From Bacillota bacterium (GTDB lineage Bacteria > Pseudomonadota > Gammaproteobacteria > Natronospirales > REEB76): a DNA stretch of 64,000 bases. The stretch spans positions 11,424 to 75,423 of the forward strand of contig JBLNDO010000030.1 of the NCBI GenBank assembly GCA_050261675.1. Direction: 5' to 3'. The notes under the pieces were generated by a model that saw only the letters and a list, made by a program, of their open reading frames with translations, was not told where the DNA came from and did not search any database. The first letter of the stretch is position 1, and every line of letters starts with the position of its first letter. Of the stretch, positions 16,192 through 25,501 are shown piece by piece. A program made the translations under genes and the position numbers.

Positions 16192-17472
16192 TCAGGTCTT
16201 GGCGGCGACGGTGATCTCGATGCCACGCAGGTTCGGCCGGGTCATGCAGCTCAAGGCGATGACGGAGAGGCACAGGCCCGCGCCCAGGAACAGCTGCGTC
16301 AACGAGACGAAATGCAGGAGCAGGCCCGCGAGCGCCGCCGAGAGCGGTCCCACGCCGAGGAAGGTGAAGAACAGGATGCTCATGGTGCGGCCCATCATGG
16401 CCTGGGGCACGCGCTTCTGGATCCAGCTGAACAGCGCCACTTGGCCGATGCCGGCAAAACAGCCGACGATGGCGAGCGGGAGCGCGCCGCTCCAGATGTG
16501 GTACGCGTTGGAGAGCGTGGCGAACAGGAGGCCCGCGACGGTGTCGAGCGTCAGGATCATCAGCCCCAGGTGCCCGCGTGCGATGCGGGTGGCGACCACG
16601 GAGAGGCCGTTGCCGAGCAGCATGCCGAGGCCGTAGACGGTCATGAGGATGCCGAAGGCGCTGGCGGAGTTGAGGCGGTCGTCGGCCAGCACCGGCAGAC
16701 CCACCTGCACGGGCCCGCCCACGAAGAAGGAGACGATGGCCACGTAGAAGATGAAGGAGCGGAGCTGCAGGTCCGCCCACACGCCCTGGAAGCCTTTCCA
16801 CACGTCCGCGAGGATGCCGCCTTCCGGCTTGGGCGGATGATAGTCGGTATGGATGCGGATGAGGTACAGGGACACCAGCGAGAAGATGAAGCTCACCGCG
16901 TCGATGCTGAAGGCGAAGCCCATGCCGCCCGCGTCCGCGAAGCGCGCATCGCCGGTGTGGATGTTGGCGGCCACCAGGAGGCCCGCGAGGATCGGGCCCA
17001 CGATCATGGCCACCTGCCGCATGCCCATGATCATGCCGTTGGCGGCCTGCAGGTGCTCCTTCTCCACGAGTTGCGGGAGGATGGAGGAACCGGCGGGATA
17101 CACGAAGGCGGTGGACAGGCCGATGCCAAGCGATAGGGCGTAGACCTCCCACATCTGGATGGCGCCGGCCACCACCAGGACGGCGAGCGCAGCCACGAAG
17201 ACCGCATTCCAGGCGCGGGAGATGAGCAGGATGCGCCGCGGAGAACTCCGGTCCACCACCGCGCCGCCCACGAACATGAAGGCCGCCCGCGGCAGCGCCT
17301 GCAAGAGGGCCGTGAGGCCCACCGCCGCCGGGTCGTGGGTAAGCTTCAGCACCAGCCAGGGCAGCGCCACCAGGGTGAAGGTGTCGCCGATGGCGGAGAT
17401 GCTGCTGCCGCAGAAGAGCAGCAGGAAGTCGCGGTTCGAGAAGACGGAGGTCTTCGGGGCGGGCACGGACAT
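16192..17472 (-). CDS. MFS transporter
   Basis: 12-TM-like hydrophobic profile with 'FLLLFCGSSISAIGDTFTLVALPWLVL' and 'GAVVDRSSPRRILL'. Start set at ATG 17472 because a terminator hairpin occupies 17563-17590. Confidence 0.75.
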   Translation of the reverse strand: MSVPAPKTSVFSNRDFLLLFCGSSISAIGDTFTLVALPWLVLKLTHDPAAVGLTALLQALPRAAFMFVGGAVVDRSSPRRILLISRAWNAVFVAALAVLVVAGAIQMWEVYALSLGIGLSTAFVYPAGSSILPQLVEKEHLQAANGMIMGMRQVAMIVGPILAGLLVAANIHTGDARFADAGGMGFAFSIDAVSFIFSLVSLYLIRIHTDYHPPKPEGGILADVWKGFQGVWADLQLRSFIFYVAIVSFFVGGPVQVGLPVLADDRLNSASAFGILMTVYGLGMLLGNGLSVVATRIARGHLGLMILTLDTVAGLLFATLSNAYHIWSGALPLAIVGCFAGIGQVALFSWIQKRVPQAMMGRTMSILFFTFLGVGPLSAALAGLLLHFVSLTQLFLGAGLCLSVIALSCMTRPNLRGIEITVAAKT

Positions 17473-17551
17473 GGCGCGGACCTTTATATAGGAATGCGCA
17501 TGATGCCCCAGACCCCCACGGACGGGGAAGTGGCATTTGTCATGCAGCATC

Positions 17552-17590
17552 GAAAAAGACAAGGGGCGGACCGGGTATACGGCCCGCCCC
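17552..17590 (-). terminator. rho-independent terminator downstream of the small peptide gene
   Basis: ggggcggaccg/cggcccgcccc hairpin (10 of 11 bp), followed on the minus strand by cttgtcttttt. Confidence 0.7.
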
Positions 17591-17605
17591 TGCTGTTTAG
17601 CCTGA

Positions 17606-17800
17606 TCAAATACCGATGAAATAGATGGGATAAGCGGTCAACAAGTCAGAGGCGGCATCGCCACCGCTGGTGGTGGAGTTGCCCTGGCCATCCCTACCCG
17701 CGCCAAGGGCCTGGCCACCGGCACCACCGAATCCATACGCAGTGGTCACGCAGCCGAACAACACGATGGCAACCAAGAAAGCCGCGGTGAACTTACGCAT
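17606..17800 (-). CDS. small exported Gly-rich peptide (64-aa precursor, possible lipoprotein)
   Basis: ATG 17800 with strong RBS aaaaagggagtaagg. Signal 'MRKFTAAFLVAIVLFGC' is followed by 'GFGGAGGQALGAGRDGQGNSTTSGGDAASDLL' and a hydrophobic tail 'TAYPIYFIGI'. It lies in a lower-GC region 108 nt downstream of the CHAT gene. Confidence 0.5.
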   Translation of the reverse strand: MRKFTAAFLVAIVLFGCVTTAYGFGGAGGQALGAGRDGQGNSTTSGGDAASDLLTAYPIYFIGI

Positions 17801-17908
17801 GATCCTTACTCCCTTTTTGATGTGTGAATGTGACCCCAAGTCCGTACCGCCGTTTCAGACGGCTCGTAGCTTGAGCCTATGGGCTCGAACCTCGCGGTGT
17901 CAACAACT

Positions 17909-18560
17909 CTACTGCCCGACCATGACGAAGGCGCCCCAGTAGTACGGCAGGTCCTGGCTGTAACGCGCCTTCACCACCTCCCGCTCCTTGAGTTCCGCCT
18001 GCCTAAGCGCTTCGTGCTTCTCCATGCCGCCCAGCCAGTTGGCGTAGAAGAACTGCATCAGCTCCCGGGTCTCCTGGTCCGGCACGGACCACATGCTCAT
18101 GATCACCGCCTGGGCGCCCGCTTCCTGCAGGGCGCGGTTGAGCCCGAACACGCCCTCGCCGTTCTGGGAGCTGCCCAAGCCGGTGTCGCAGGCGGAGAGC
18201 ACCACGAGTTCGGTGCCTTCGAGGTCGAGCTGCTCCGCCTCGTAGGCGGTGAGCACGCCGTCATCCGCCCCCTCCGGCGACGGGTTGCCGGCGAGCGTGT
18301 TGTCCGCCCCGGCGAAATAGAGCCCGGAGCGCAGCATGGGATCTTCCACGAGATTCTTCTGGTCCGGCAGGAAGAAGCCGTGGGTCGCGATGTGCAGGAG
18401 GCGCGGATGGTGCACGGACTTGATGGCTTCTTCCAGGGCGAGGTCGCTTTGGTAGAGCCGCGCCTGCCACTGCTTGCGGCTGAGGAGAGCGTCGATGCCC
18501 GCCACCTCCTCCGCCGTGCCGGGCAACGGACAGAGGATGCCGGTGTCGGGCAGGGGGCAA
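17909..18560. repeat. high-identity paralogous segment (CHAT-domain 3' end), copy A
   Basis: By eye, about 9 in 10 nt match 21304-21960 over the first ~260 nt. Identity is lower but clear further in. The end point is approximate. Confidence 0.7.
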
Positions 18561-21277
18561 TGGGCCGCTTCGGCGCCGCGCGCGACCGGGATGCTGACTT
18601 GGGTGCGCGCCGCGAGCCGGGTGTCGTTCGTTCCGCCGCCGAGCTTCCCCACCGCGGCGAGGTAATCCGCCGCGGGGAGGTCGAACGAGGGGCCTCCCAT
18701 GAGGACGGCATCCTCGGACGTGGCGCCGGTGACGTGCCGCAGCACGTCCTTGGTGCTGGGGACGATGCGCAGGTCGTAGCGCTCCATGAGGAGCTTGCCG
18801 GCGGGGTCCGGCACGATGCCGAGCGAAGCCTGGTTGAATACGCCGTCCGGCGAGAGGTACACGCGTGTGGCGCCCTTGAGCGCGGGCTCCAACGGCGCCC
18901 AGTAGGCCTCGTAGAACGTGGTCTGGCCCGGAAGCGGGGCGGGGCCGGCCTTGCGCAGGCGCGCGGCGTAGTCCGCCACGGGATCGGACTCGAGGCCGGC
19001 GGCCTTGCCGATGACGATGAACTGCGGCTGGTCGCGGGTCTCGGGCGTCACCACCAGGGCCACGTAGTAGTTCTCGTGGGTGTCGAGCCAGCCCTCCATG
19101 TAGTGGAAGCGCACCACTTCCACCGCGGCCTCGCCGGGTTTGAGCGCATCGCGCACCTGTTGCCAGGTGACGCTCTGCAGCCGCTGGCCCTCGGCCACGG
19201 CGGCGGAGCGCTTGGCGAGCTGCCGCTCTAGGTCGTCGGTGTCCGCCTGCTGCTGTTGCACCTTGGCGAGCCACTGGTCGCGGTCCTGGCCGGGGTTGTT
19301 GAGCAGCGTGGCGAGCTTGGTCTTGCTGGCGCTGAGCTTGTCCAGGAGCGCGAGGGAATCGGGGTCGCCGCTGGAGGCGATCTTGGCCCGGAGCGCGGTG
19401 ATGGTGTTGCCCACGAAACCCTTCTGCCACAGGAGCACGTTGTACATCTTGCCGGCGAGCGCGGGGTCCTGCTCGTGGTATTTCAGGCAGAAACTGTAAT
19501 ACTCGGGGAACCGGTCGGCGATGGAATTGAGGAACTGCAAGCGGTCGCGCTCGTTCATGTAGACGAACTGGCTCTCGAGGTCGTGGTGCAGTTTCTCCAT
19601 GGACGCATCCAGCACCGGAGCCGCCGCCTTGCGGTCACCCATCTGGAACAACAGCATCGAGTACTTGAACTGGACGGTGATGGCCATGGCGCTCTGCTCG
19701 CCGTTGACCTTCATGACCACCGGCAGGGCGCGTTCGAAGAGCGGCCGGGCCTCGGCAAGTCGGTTGTGGAAGGCGTAGAACTCCCCCACATTCACCGATT
19801 GCTGGGCCGTATCGGTCTGGTCCGGACCCAGGGTCTTCATGTCCATGGCCATGGCATCCAGATAGAGTTTCTCCGCTTCCGCCGTGCGGTGTTCGTGGTC
19901 GTAGATGTCCGCCAGGATGTTCATCTGGTGGGCGACCTGGGGATGCACGGGCCCGAGCGTGCGCTGATCCATGGCGAGCGCCTTCTCCGCCAGGTCCTGC
20001 GCCTCCTTCCATTGGGACAGGTTGTTGTAGAGCACCGCCAGGTTGCTGAGCGCGGTGGCGGTATTCGGATGGTCCGGCGGATAGACCTTCTCGAAGATGG
20101 CGATGGTCTGCTGCATGAAGGGAATGGCGTCCTTGACCCGCCCCATCTCCCGGTACAGCACGGCCATGTTGTTGAGGTCGTAGCCGACCTGGATGTCGTC
20201 CTCGCCGCGCACCTTGCGGTCTATCTCCAGGGCGCGGCGGTAAAGCGATTCCGCCCGGTTGTAATCGCCGAACACCTCGTACATGTAGGCGATGCTGCCC
20301 TCCACCTGGCCGACGTTGGCGCTCATCTCGCCCTGGGTCTTGACGTAGACGTCGAGGGATTGCTGGTAATACGGCAGCGCCTTGTTGTAGAGACCCTGGT
20401 CGTCGTAGCTGCGCGCCACGTCGTTGAGCATGTTGGCCACGTCCGGGGTCTCCGGCCCCTGAGCCTCGCGCATGATCTGCAGCGCCCGCAGGAACAAGGG
20501 CTCCGCCTCCGCGGGATGCCCCTCGTTGAGGTCCACATTGCCGAGGTAGTCGATCGCGTAGGCGAGGGCCGGCGTCTGCGGCCTGCCGGGCTTATCCAGG
20601 ATGGCAAGCGCGCGGTTGAGCACCTTGCGCGCACCGGCGTTGTCGCCGTTCACCAGGAGCAAGAGACCCTGGCCGGTGAGGGTTTCCGCCAGGTCCTCCT
20701 GGTCCTTGCCCGGCGCCGTCTCCTGGATCGCCAGCGCACGCTGGTAATCCTGGCTCGCCGCGTCCATCTTGTTGAGGTTGTACTCCACCATGGCGAGGTC
20801 GCCGAGGGTGGCGGCCACCTCCGGGTCCGCCGGGCCCAGGAGCTTCTCCTGGGCAGCGAGCACGGCGGTCAGGTCCTTCTCCGCATCTTCGAACCGTCCC
20901 TGGCTCGACTCGGCCCGGGCGATGAGCCGCTGACCCATGGCCGCTTCGGCGCTCCCGGCACCGTGGCGCTTCTGTTCGAGATTGAGCGCCAGGCGGAAAT
21001 AGCTCTCCGCCTCGGGGTAGTTGCCCACGTCGAGCTCGGCCGCCGCCAGGTCGTTCAGGGCTTCGGTCATCTCCGCCGAATCCGCCGGAAGGGTCTTCTG
21101 GGCCGCGGCATATTCGTCTTTCGCCGCCGCGAGAGCGGGCACGAACTGGGCCTTATCCTCCAGGGCCTGGCGCTTGGCTTGCAGCGTCTTCCAGCCGGCC
21201 GGCGCGGGGGGCGCCGAGGCGCAGGCGGCGAGCGCGGCAAGAGCGAGCAGGACGGAAACCGGACGTGGGAGTTTCAT
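17909..21277 (-). CDS. lipoprotein TPR-repeat CHAT-domain (caspase-like) peptidase, paralog 2
   Basis: ATG 21277 with GGAGGGG RBS and signal plus lipobox 'LALAALAAC|A'. About 550 aa of TPR repeats precede a C-terminal CHAT domain with 'HIATHGFF' and 'VLSACDTGLG' (Cys codon 18188-18190). Confidence 0.85.
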   Translation of the reverse strand: MKLPRPVSVLLALAALAACASAPPAPAGWKTLQAKRQALEDKAQFVPALAAAKDEYAAAQKTLPADSAEMTEALNDLAAAELDVGNYPEAESYFRLALNLEQKRHGAGSAEAAMGQRLIARAESSQGRFEDAEKDLTAVLAAQEKLLGPADPEVAATLGDLAMVEYNLNKMDAASQDYQRALAIQETAPGKDQEDLAETLTGQGLLLLVNGDNAGARKVLNRALAILDKPGRPQTPALAYAIDYLGNVDLNEGHPAEAEPLFLRALQIMREAQGPETPDVANMLNDVARSYDDQGLYNKALPYYQQSLDVYVKTQGEMSANVGQVEGSIAYMYEVFGDYNRAESLYRRALEIDRKVRGEDDIQVGYDLNNMAVLYREMGRVKDAIPFMQQTIAIFEKVYPPDHPNTATALSNLAVLYNNLSQWKEAQDLAEKALAMDQRTLGPVHPQVAHQMNILADIYDHEHRTAEAEKLYLDAMAMDMKTLGPDQTDTAQQSVNVGEFYAFHNRLAEARPLFERALPVVMKVNGEQSAMAITVQFKYSMLLFQMGDRKAAAPVLDASMEKLHHDLESQFVYMNERDRLQFLNSIADRFPEYYSFCLKYHEQDPALAGKMYNVLLWQKGFVGNTITALRAKIASSGDPDSLALLDKLSASKTKLATLLNNPGQDRDQWLAKVQQQQADTDDLERQLAKRSAAVAEGQRLQSVTWQQVRDALKPGEAAVEVVRFHYMEGWLDTHENYYVALVVTPETRDQPQFIVIGKAAGLESDPVADYAARLRKAGPAPLPGQTTFYEAYWAPLEPALKGATRVYLSPDGVFNQASLGIVPDPAGKLLMERYDLRIVPSTKDVLRHVTGATSEDAVLMGGPSFDLPAADYLAAVGKLGGGTNDTRLAARTQVSIPVARGAEAAHCPLPDTGILCPLPGTAEEVAGIDALLSRKQWQARLYQSDLALEEAIKSVHHPRLLHIATHGFFLPDQKNLVEDPMLRSGLYFAGADNTLAGNPSPEGADDGVLTAYEAEQLDLEGTELVVLSACDTGLGSSQNGEGVFGLNRALQEAGAQAVIMSMWSVPDQETRELMQFFYANWLGGMEKHEALRQAELKEREVVKARYSQDLPYYWGAFVMVGQ

Positions 21278-21303
21278 GGACCCCTCCACAAAGCATCAAT
21301 TCA

Positions 21304-21960
21304 TCAACGCCCCACCATGACGAAGGCGCCCCAGTAATACGGCAGGTCCTGGCCGTAACGCGCCTTCACCACTTCCCGCTCCTTGAGTTCCGCCTGCCTC
21401 AAGGCCTCGTGCTTCTCCATGCCGCCCAGCCAGTTCGCGTAGAAGAGCTGCATCAGTTCCCGGGTCTCCTGGTCCGGCACGGACCACATGCTCATGACCA
21501 CCGCCTGGGCACCCGCTTCCTGCAGGGCGCGGTTGAGCCCGAACACGCCCTCGCCGTTCCCGGCACTGGTGCCCAAGCCCGTGTCGCAGGCGGAGAGCAC
21601 CACGAGTTCGGTGCCCTCGAGATCGAGCTGCGCCGCCTCGTAGGCGGTGAGCACGCCGCTGTCAGCTCCCGCCGGCGGCGGGTTGCCAGCGAGCGCGTTG
21701 TCGGCTCCAGCGAAGTATAGGCCGGAGCGCAGCATGGGGTCTTGCCTCACTCTCCGTTGGTCCGGCAGAAAGAACCCGTGGGTGGCGATGTGCAGGAGCC
21801 GCGGATGGTGCGCGGCTTGGATGGCTTCCTCCAGGCCCTGTTCACCTTGATATAAAGACGCCTGCCATTGTTTACGCGTCAGCAAGCCGTCGATGTCGCT
21901 CACTTCCTGCGCCGCACCCGGCAAGGGACAGAGGATACCGGTGTCGGGCAGGGGACATTT
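21304..21960. repeat. high-identity paralogous segment (CHAT-domain 3' end), copy B
   Basis: Direct repeat of 17909-18560, same orientation, 3.4 kb apart. The end point is approximate. Confidence 0.7.
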
Positions 21961-24675
21961 GCCGCCGGCGGATAGATCCCGCGCCACCGGCAGCCCTGCG
22001 CCGCGGATGCCGGCGTAGCGTGTCTCCGCCGCGCCGGGAACGTTCAATTTGGCCACGGCGGCGAGATACCGATCCGGCTTGAGATCGAACGCCGGCCCGC
22101 CCAACAGCACCGCCGTATCCGAAGCGGTCGCCGGTGGGGCGCGCAGCACGTCGCGGGTGCTGGGCACGATGCGCAAATCATAGCGCTCCATCAGGAGCCT
22201 GCCCTGCTCGTCGGGGACGATGCCCAACGAAGCCTGGTTCAAGATGCCATCAGGGGACAGATAAACCCGGGTGGTGCCCTTCAGCGCGGGCTCCAGCGGT
22301 TTCCAGAACGCCTGGTAGAAGCTGGTCTTGGAAGTCGCGGCCGTAGTGCCAAACTTGCTCAGGCGGGCGGCGTAATCCGCTACGGGTCCCGACTCCAGGT
22401 CTTCGGCCTTGCCCACCACGATGAACTCGGGGGCATCCCGGGTCTCGTGCGTCAGCACCAATGCGACGTAATAGTCAGTCTTGGTGTGACCAGTTCCGTT
22501 GAGATAGTTGAAATGGGCGAACTCCACCGCGGCCTCGCCGGGTTTGAGTCCCTTCTGCACATCGCGCCAACTGATCTTCTCCAGGGACTGCTCCCGTGTG
22601 AAGCTCTGGGAGCGCGCCAGCAGCTGCTGTTCGACCCCATCTGTCTCTGCCTGCAGCTGGCTCACCTGGGACTCCCATTGGGCGTGGTCGTCTCCCGGGT
22701 TGTTGAGCAGTTGCGCGAGCTTGGCCTTGAGGTCGCCCAACCGTCCCAGCAGGGAGACCGCCTCGGCATCGCCGCTCGCGGCGATCTTGGCCCGGAGCGC
22801 CGCGATGCTGTTGCCCACCAGGCCCTTCTGCCACAACAGGATGTCGTACATCTTGGCGGCAAGCGCAGGGTCTTCCGCGTGATAATCGAGACAGAAACTG
22901 AAATACGTTGGAAACGCGTCCTTGCTGCGCGCGAGAAGCTGCAGGCGGTCGCTCTCCTTCATGTATCGGTACTGGGCCAGGAAGAACGCGTGCATGATGT
23001 CGAAATAGTCGTCGAACAGCGGGCTAGCGCCCTTGCGGTCACCGGCATGGAAGCGTTCGACCGCCCAGTCGAATTCAAGATCGGCGATGTTGGAATGGCG
23101 CGGTCCGTAGGTTTTCTTGAATATCGCCAGCGCGGCGGGGTAGCGCGCCTCCGCCTCGGAAAACTTGCTTTCCAAGTTGAGCAGGTTAGCAAGGTTCTGC
23201 GAATATTGGGCCGTCATCGCGTGTTCCGGTCCCAGGGTCTTCAGCGTGATGGCGTAAGCCTTCCTGTACAGCGCTTCCGCATCGGCGTACTTGTGTTCCC
23301 CTTCGTAGGCTTCCGCCAGGTTGTTGTACCAGGTGGCGAGCGCAGGATCGTCCGGACTCAAGGTCTTCTCGCCGATGGCGATCACCTGCGTGAAATAGGG
23401 CACAGACTCTGAGTACTTCTCTTCTTCGGTGTACAACTCGCCGATGTTATTCAGCACGGTGAGCACGTAGGTGTGGTCCGGTGGCAGGAGCTTCTGGAAT
23501 ATGGCCAAGGCCTGCTGCAACAGCGCTTCAGCCTGCTCATTCTGGCCGAGGAGCCGGTATAGCTGGGCGTAGTTGTTGTAATCGAAAGCCATGTTGATGC
23601 GATCGTGGGTCCAGCTGTGGCTGTCGATGTCTATGGCGCGCTTGAAGTTAGCCTCCGCTTGCTGGTACTCCCCGGTGTTGTCCTGCATCTGGGCAAGATT
23701 CCCCGTGATGCTTCCGAGATTGACGTTGTCCGCGCCCAGGGCACGGGTGTAGGTGGCGATGGAGCGGTTGTAATAATCCTCGGCCTGCGGGTAATGGCCT
23801 TCGTCGTCGTAGGTGCGGGCGATGTCGTTCTGCGCGTTCGCCACGTTCTGATGGTCAGGGCCGAAGAGCTGGGTATACATGTCCAGGCAGCGCCGGAACT
23901 TGGGCTCCGCGTCCGGGAAGTGACTGCGGTCCAGGTCCACGTTACCCGAGAGGTCGAGGGCCTCCGCCAGCTCCGGCCGGTCCCCGGCGCCGGATACGTC
24001 CATGATCGCGAGGGAGCGCTGCGCCGTCTTCTCCGCGCCGTCATCATCGCCGCTCATGATGGAGAGATACGCGGATTGGTTCAGCGTGAAGGCCAGGTCC
24101 CGCTTCCCGGGCCCGGGGTGCTGCTCGCGTATGGCGAGCGCCCGGTCGAGGATTTGCCGGGCGGTATCGTTGTCGTTGTAGTCCGCCAAGGCACGCCCGT
24201 AATCCGTGAGCGTGAGACCCAGGGCCGGATCGTCCTTGGGCAAAAGTCTTTCCTGGATCGCGAGCGCCGCCTTGTATCCCTCGAGCGCGGCAGGCAGGTC
24301 TCCCGTCAGGTGGATGTTCCGCGCCAGCCCCTCCTGCACCTCGGCGGCTTGCGGGCTTTCCGCACCGAACTTCGCCTTGCGGATGTCCAGGGCCCGCCGG
24401 TAGTGCGCGGCGGCGTCCGTGTATGCGCCGGTCTCGCGTTCCACATAGGCGAGATCCATGAGCGCCGTTGAGAGCTCAGGAGAATCCGCGGGCAGGGTTT
24501 TTTCGGCGGCGGCCAATTCCTGCTGTGCGGATTTCAGCGCATCGCGGAAGCGGGCGGCCTCCACGCTCTTTGCCGTCTCGGCCTGGTAGGCATGCCAGTC
24601 GTCCGCGGGTTTGGGTGCGTTCGCAGCACAAGCGGCGACGATAACCACGCCGGCGACGGCGGAAAGGCGCTTCAT
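21304..24675 (-). CDS. lipoprotein TPR-repeat CHAT-domain (caspase-like) peptidase, paralog 1
   Basis: Signal plus lipobox 'VVIVAAC|A'. TPR repeats precede a C-terminal CHAT domain with 'HIATHGFF' and 'VLSACDTGLG' (Cys codon 21586-21588). Confidence 0.85.
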   Translation of the reverse strand: MKRLSAVAGVVIVAACAANAPKPADDWHAYQAETAKSVEAARFRDALKSAQQELAAAEKTLPADSPELSTALMDLAYVERETGAYTDAAAHYRRALDIRKAKFGAESPQAAEVQEGLARNIHLTGDLPAALEGYKAALAIQERLLPKDDPALGLTLTDYGRALADYNDNDTARQILDRALAIREQHPGPGKRDLAFTLNQSAYLSIMSGDDDGAEKTAQRSLAIMDVSGAGDRPELAEALDLSGNVDLDRSHFPDAEPKFRRCLDMYTQLFGPDHQNVANAQNDIARTYDDEGHYPQAEDYYNRSIATYTRALGADNVNLGSITGNLAQMQDNTGEYQQAEANFKRAIDIDSHSWTHDRINMAFDYNNYAQLYRLLGQNEQAEALLQQALAIFQKLLPPDHTYVLTVLNNIGELYTEEEKYSESVPYFTQVIAIGEKTLSPDDPALATWYNNLAEAYEGEHKYADAEALYRKAYAITLKTLGPEHAMTAQYSQNLANLLNLESKFSEAEARYPAALAIFKKTYGPRHSNIADLEFDWAVERFHAGDRKGASPLFDDYFDIMHAFFLAQYRYMKESDRLQLLARSKDAFPTYFSFCLDYHAEDPALAAKMYDILLWQKGLVGNSIAALRAKIAASGDAEAVSLLGRLGDLKAKLAQLLNNPGDDHAQWESQVSQLQAETDGVEQQLLARSQSFTREQSLEKISWRDVQKGLKPGEAAVEFAHFNYLNGTGHTKTDYYVALVLTHETRDAPEFIVVGKAEDLESGPVADYAARLSKFGTTAATSKTSFYQAFWKPLEPALKGTTRVYLSPDGILNQASLGIVPDEQGRLLMERYDLRIVPSTRDVLRAPPATASDTAVLLGGPAFDLKPDRYLAAVAKLNVPGAAETRYAGIRGAGLPVARDLSAGGKCPLPDTGILCPLPGAAQEVSDIDGLLTRKQWQASLYQGEQGLEEAIQAAHHPRLLHIATHGFFLPDQRRVRQDPMLRSGLYFAGADNALAGNPPPAGADSGVLTAYEAAQLDLEGTELVVLSACDTGLGTSAGNGEGVFGLNRALQEAGAQAVVMSMWSVPDQETRELMQLFYANWLGGMEKHEALRQAELKEREVVKARYGQDLPYYWGAFVMVGR

Positions 24676-24692
24676 AACAAGCTACGCTGCGC

Positions 24693-25478
24693 TCAGGGCG
24701 AGGGGCTGGCGCGCAGGTGCTCCGCCTGGGCGAAGTCGGCGTCCGCGTCGCCTTGCGTCACGGGAAGCTGCGCGAACAGCGTGCCGCGGCCCTCGTAAAG
24801 CTCGGCACGCGCGGGGTACTTCTGCATCAGGCGGGTGTAGGCGCTCACGGCATCGTACCAGAGGCGCGCGTCGGTGTAGATGCGCGCCTTGGCGAGGTCG
24901 GCAGCGTAGGCGTCCGTATCCTTTACGGCGGCGAGCTTGTCCGCCACGGCCTTGCGCGGATCGCCCGCCACCACTTCGAAGCCCACCGGCGCAGACTGCT
25001 GGTTGCCGGACATGCTGGGTGGCGTCTCCACCGTCCAGAAATAGGTCTTGCCGGGCTCGAGCTTGGGCGCAGTCTCAGGATAATGGAAACGGTAACCCTT
25101 CACCTCGGTGTGAAACAGGGATTTCTGGTTGTCGTCCCACAGGGTGAAGACGTAGCTCCCGCCGCCGCCAGCGTCGCTCCAATAGAATTCCGGCAGGTTG
25201 TCGTAGAGCTTGCCCAGGTGCGGCGCGAGGGCGACCGGCGCCGCGCCCTCGCCGCGGGACGCACCGGCGGCCATGGCCTGCTTCTTGAGGGCATCCTTGT
25301 CCACAAGGTCGAAACCCGAGAGCACCGTCACCACGCGCGGCCGCTTGGCGGCGGCGGGTTTGACGGAGGTGCCGGCCGAGGCCGCCTTCGCCGCCGTGGA
25401 GGCGGCGGGCGCCGCGCGCAAGCCGGAGGCGGCACAAAGACCCAGAATCGCGGACAGGATCACGAGACGACGCAACAT
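24693..25478 (-). CDS. exported DUF928-like protein with TPR-like C-terminal tail
   Basis: ATG 25478 with RBS gaaggggaggg and signal 'MLRRLVILSAILGLCAASGLRA|A'. The core 'LPEFYWSD...YVFTLWDD...LEPGKTYFWTVE' matches my recollection of the DUF928 pattern. The tail is 'ARIYTDARLWYDAVSAYTRLMQKYP'. Confidence 0.55.
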   Translation of the reverse strand: MLRRLVILSAILGLCAASGLRAAPAASTAAKAASAGTSVKPAAAKRPRVVTVLSGFDLVDKDALKKQAMAAGASRGEGAAPVALAPHLGKLYDNLPEFYWSDAGGGGSYVFTLWDDNQKSLFHTEVKGYRFHYPETAPKLEPGKTYFWTVETPPSMSGNQQSAPVGFEVVAGDPRKAVADKLAAVKDTDAYAADLAKARIYTDARLWYDAVSAYTRLMQKYPARAELYEGRGTLFAQLPVTQGDADADFAQAEHLRASPSP

Positions 25479-25501
25479 CGACTTACCCTCCCCTTCAGAA
25501 A

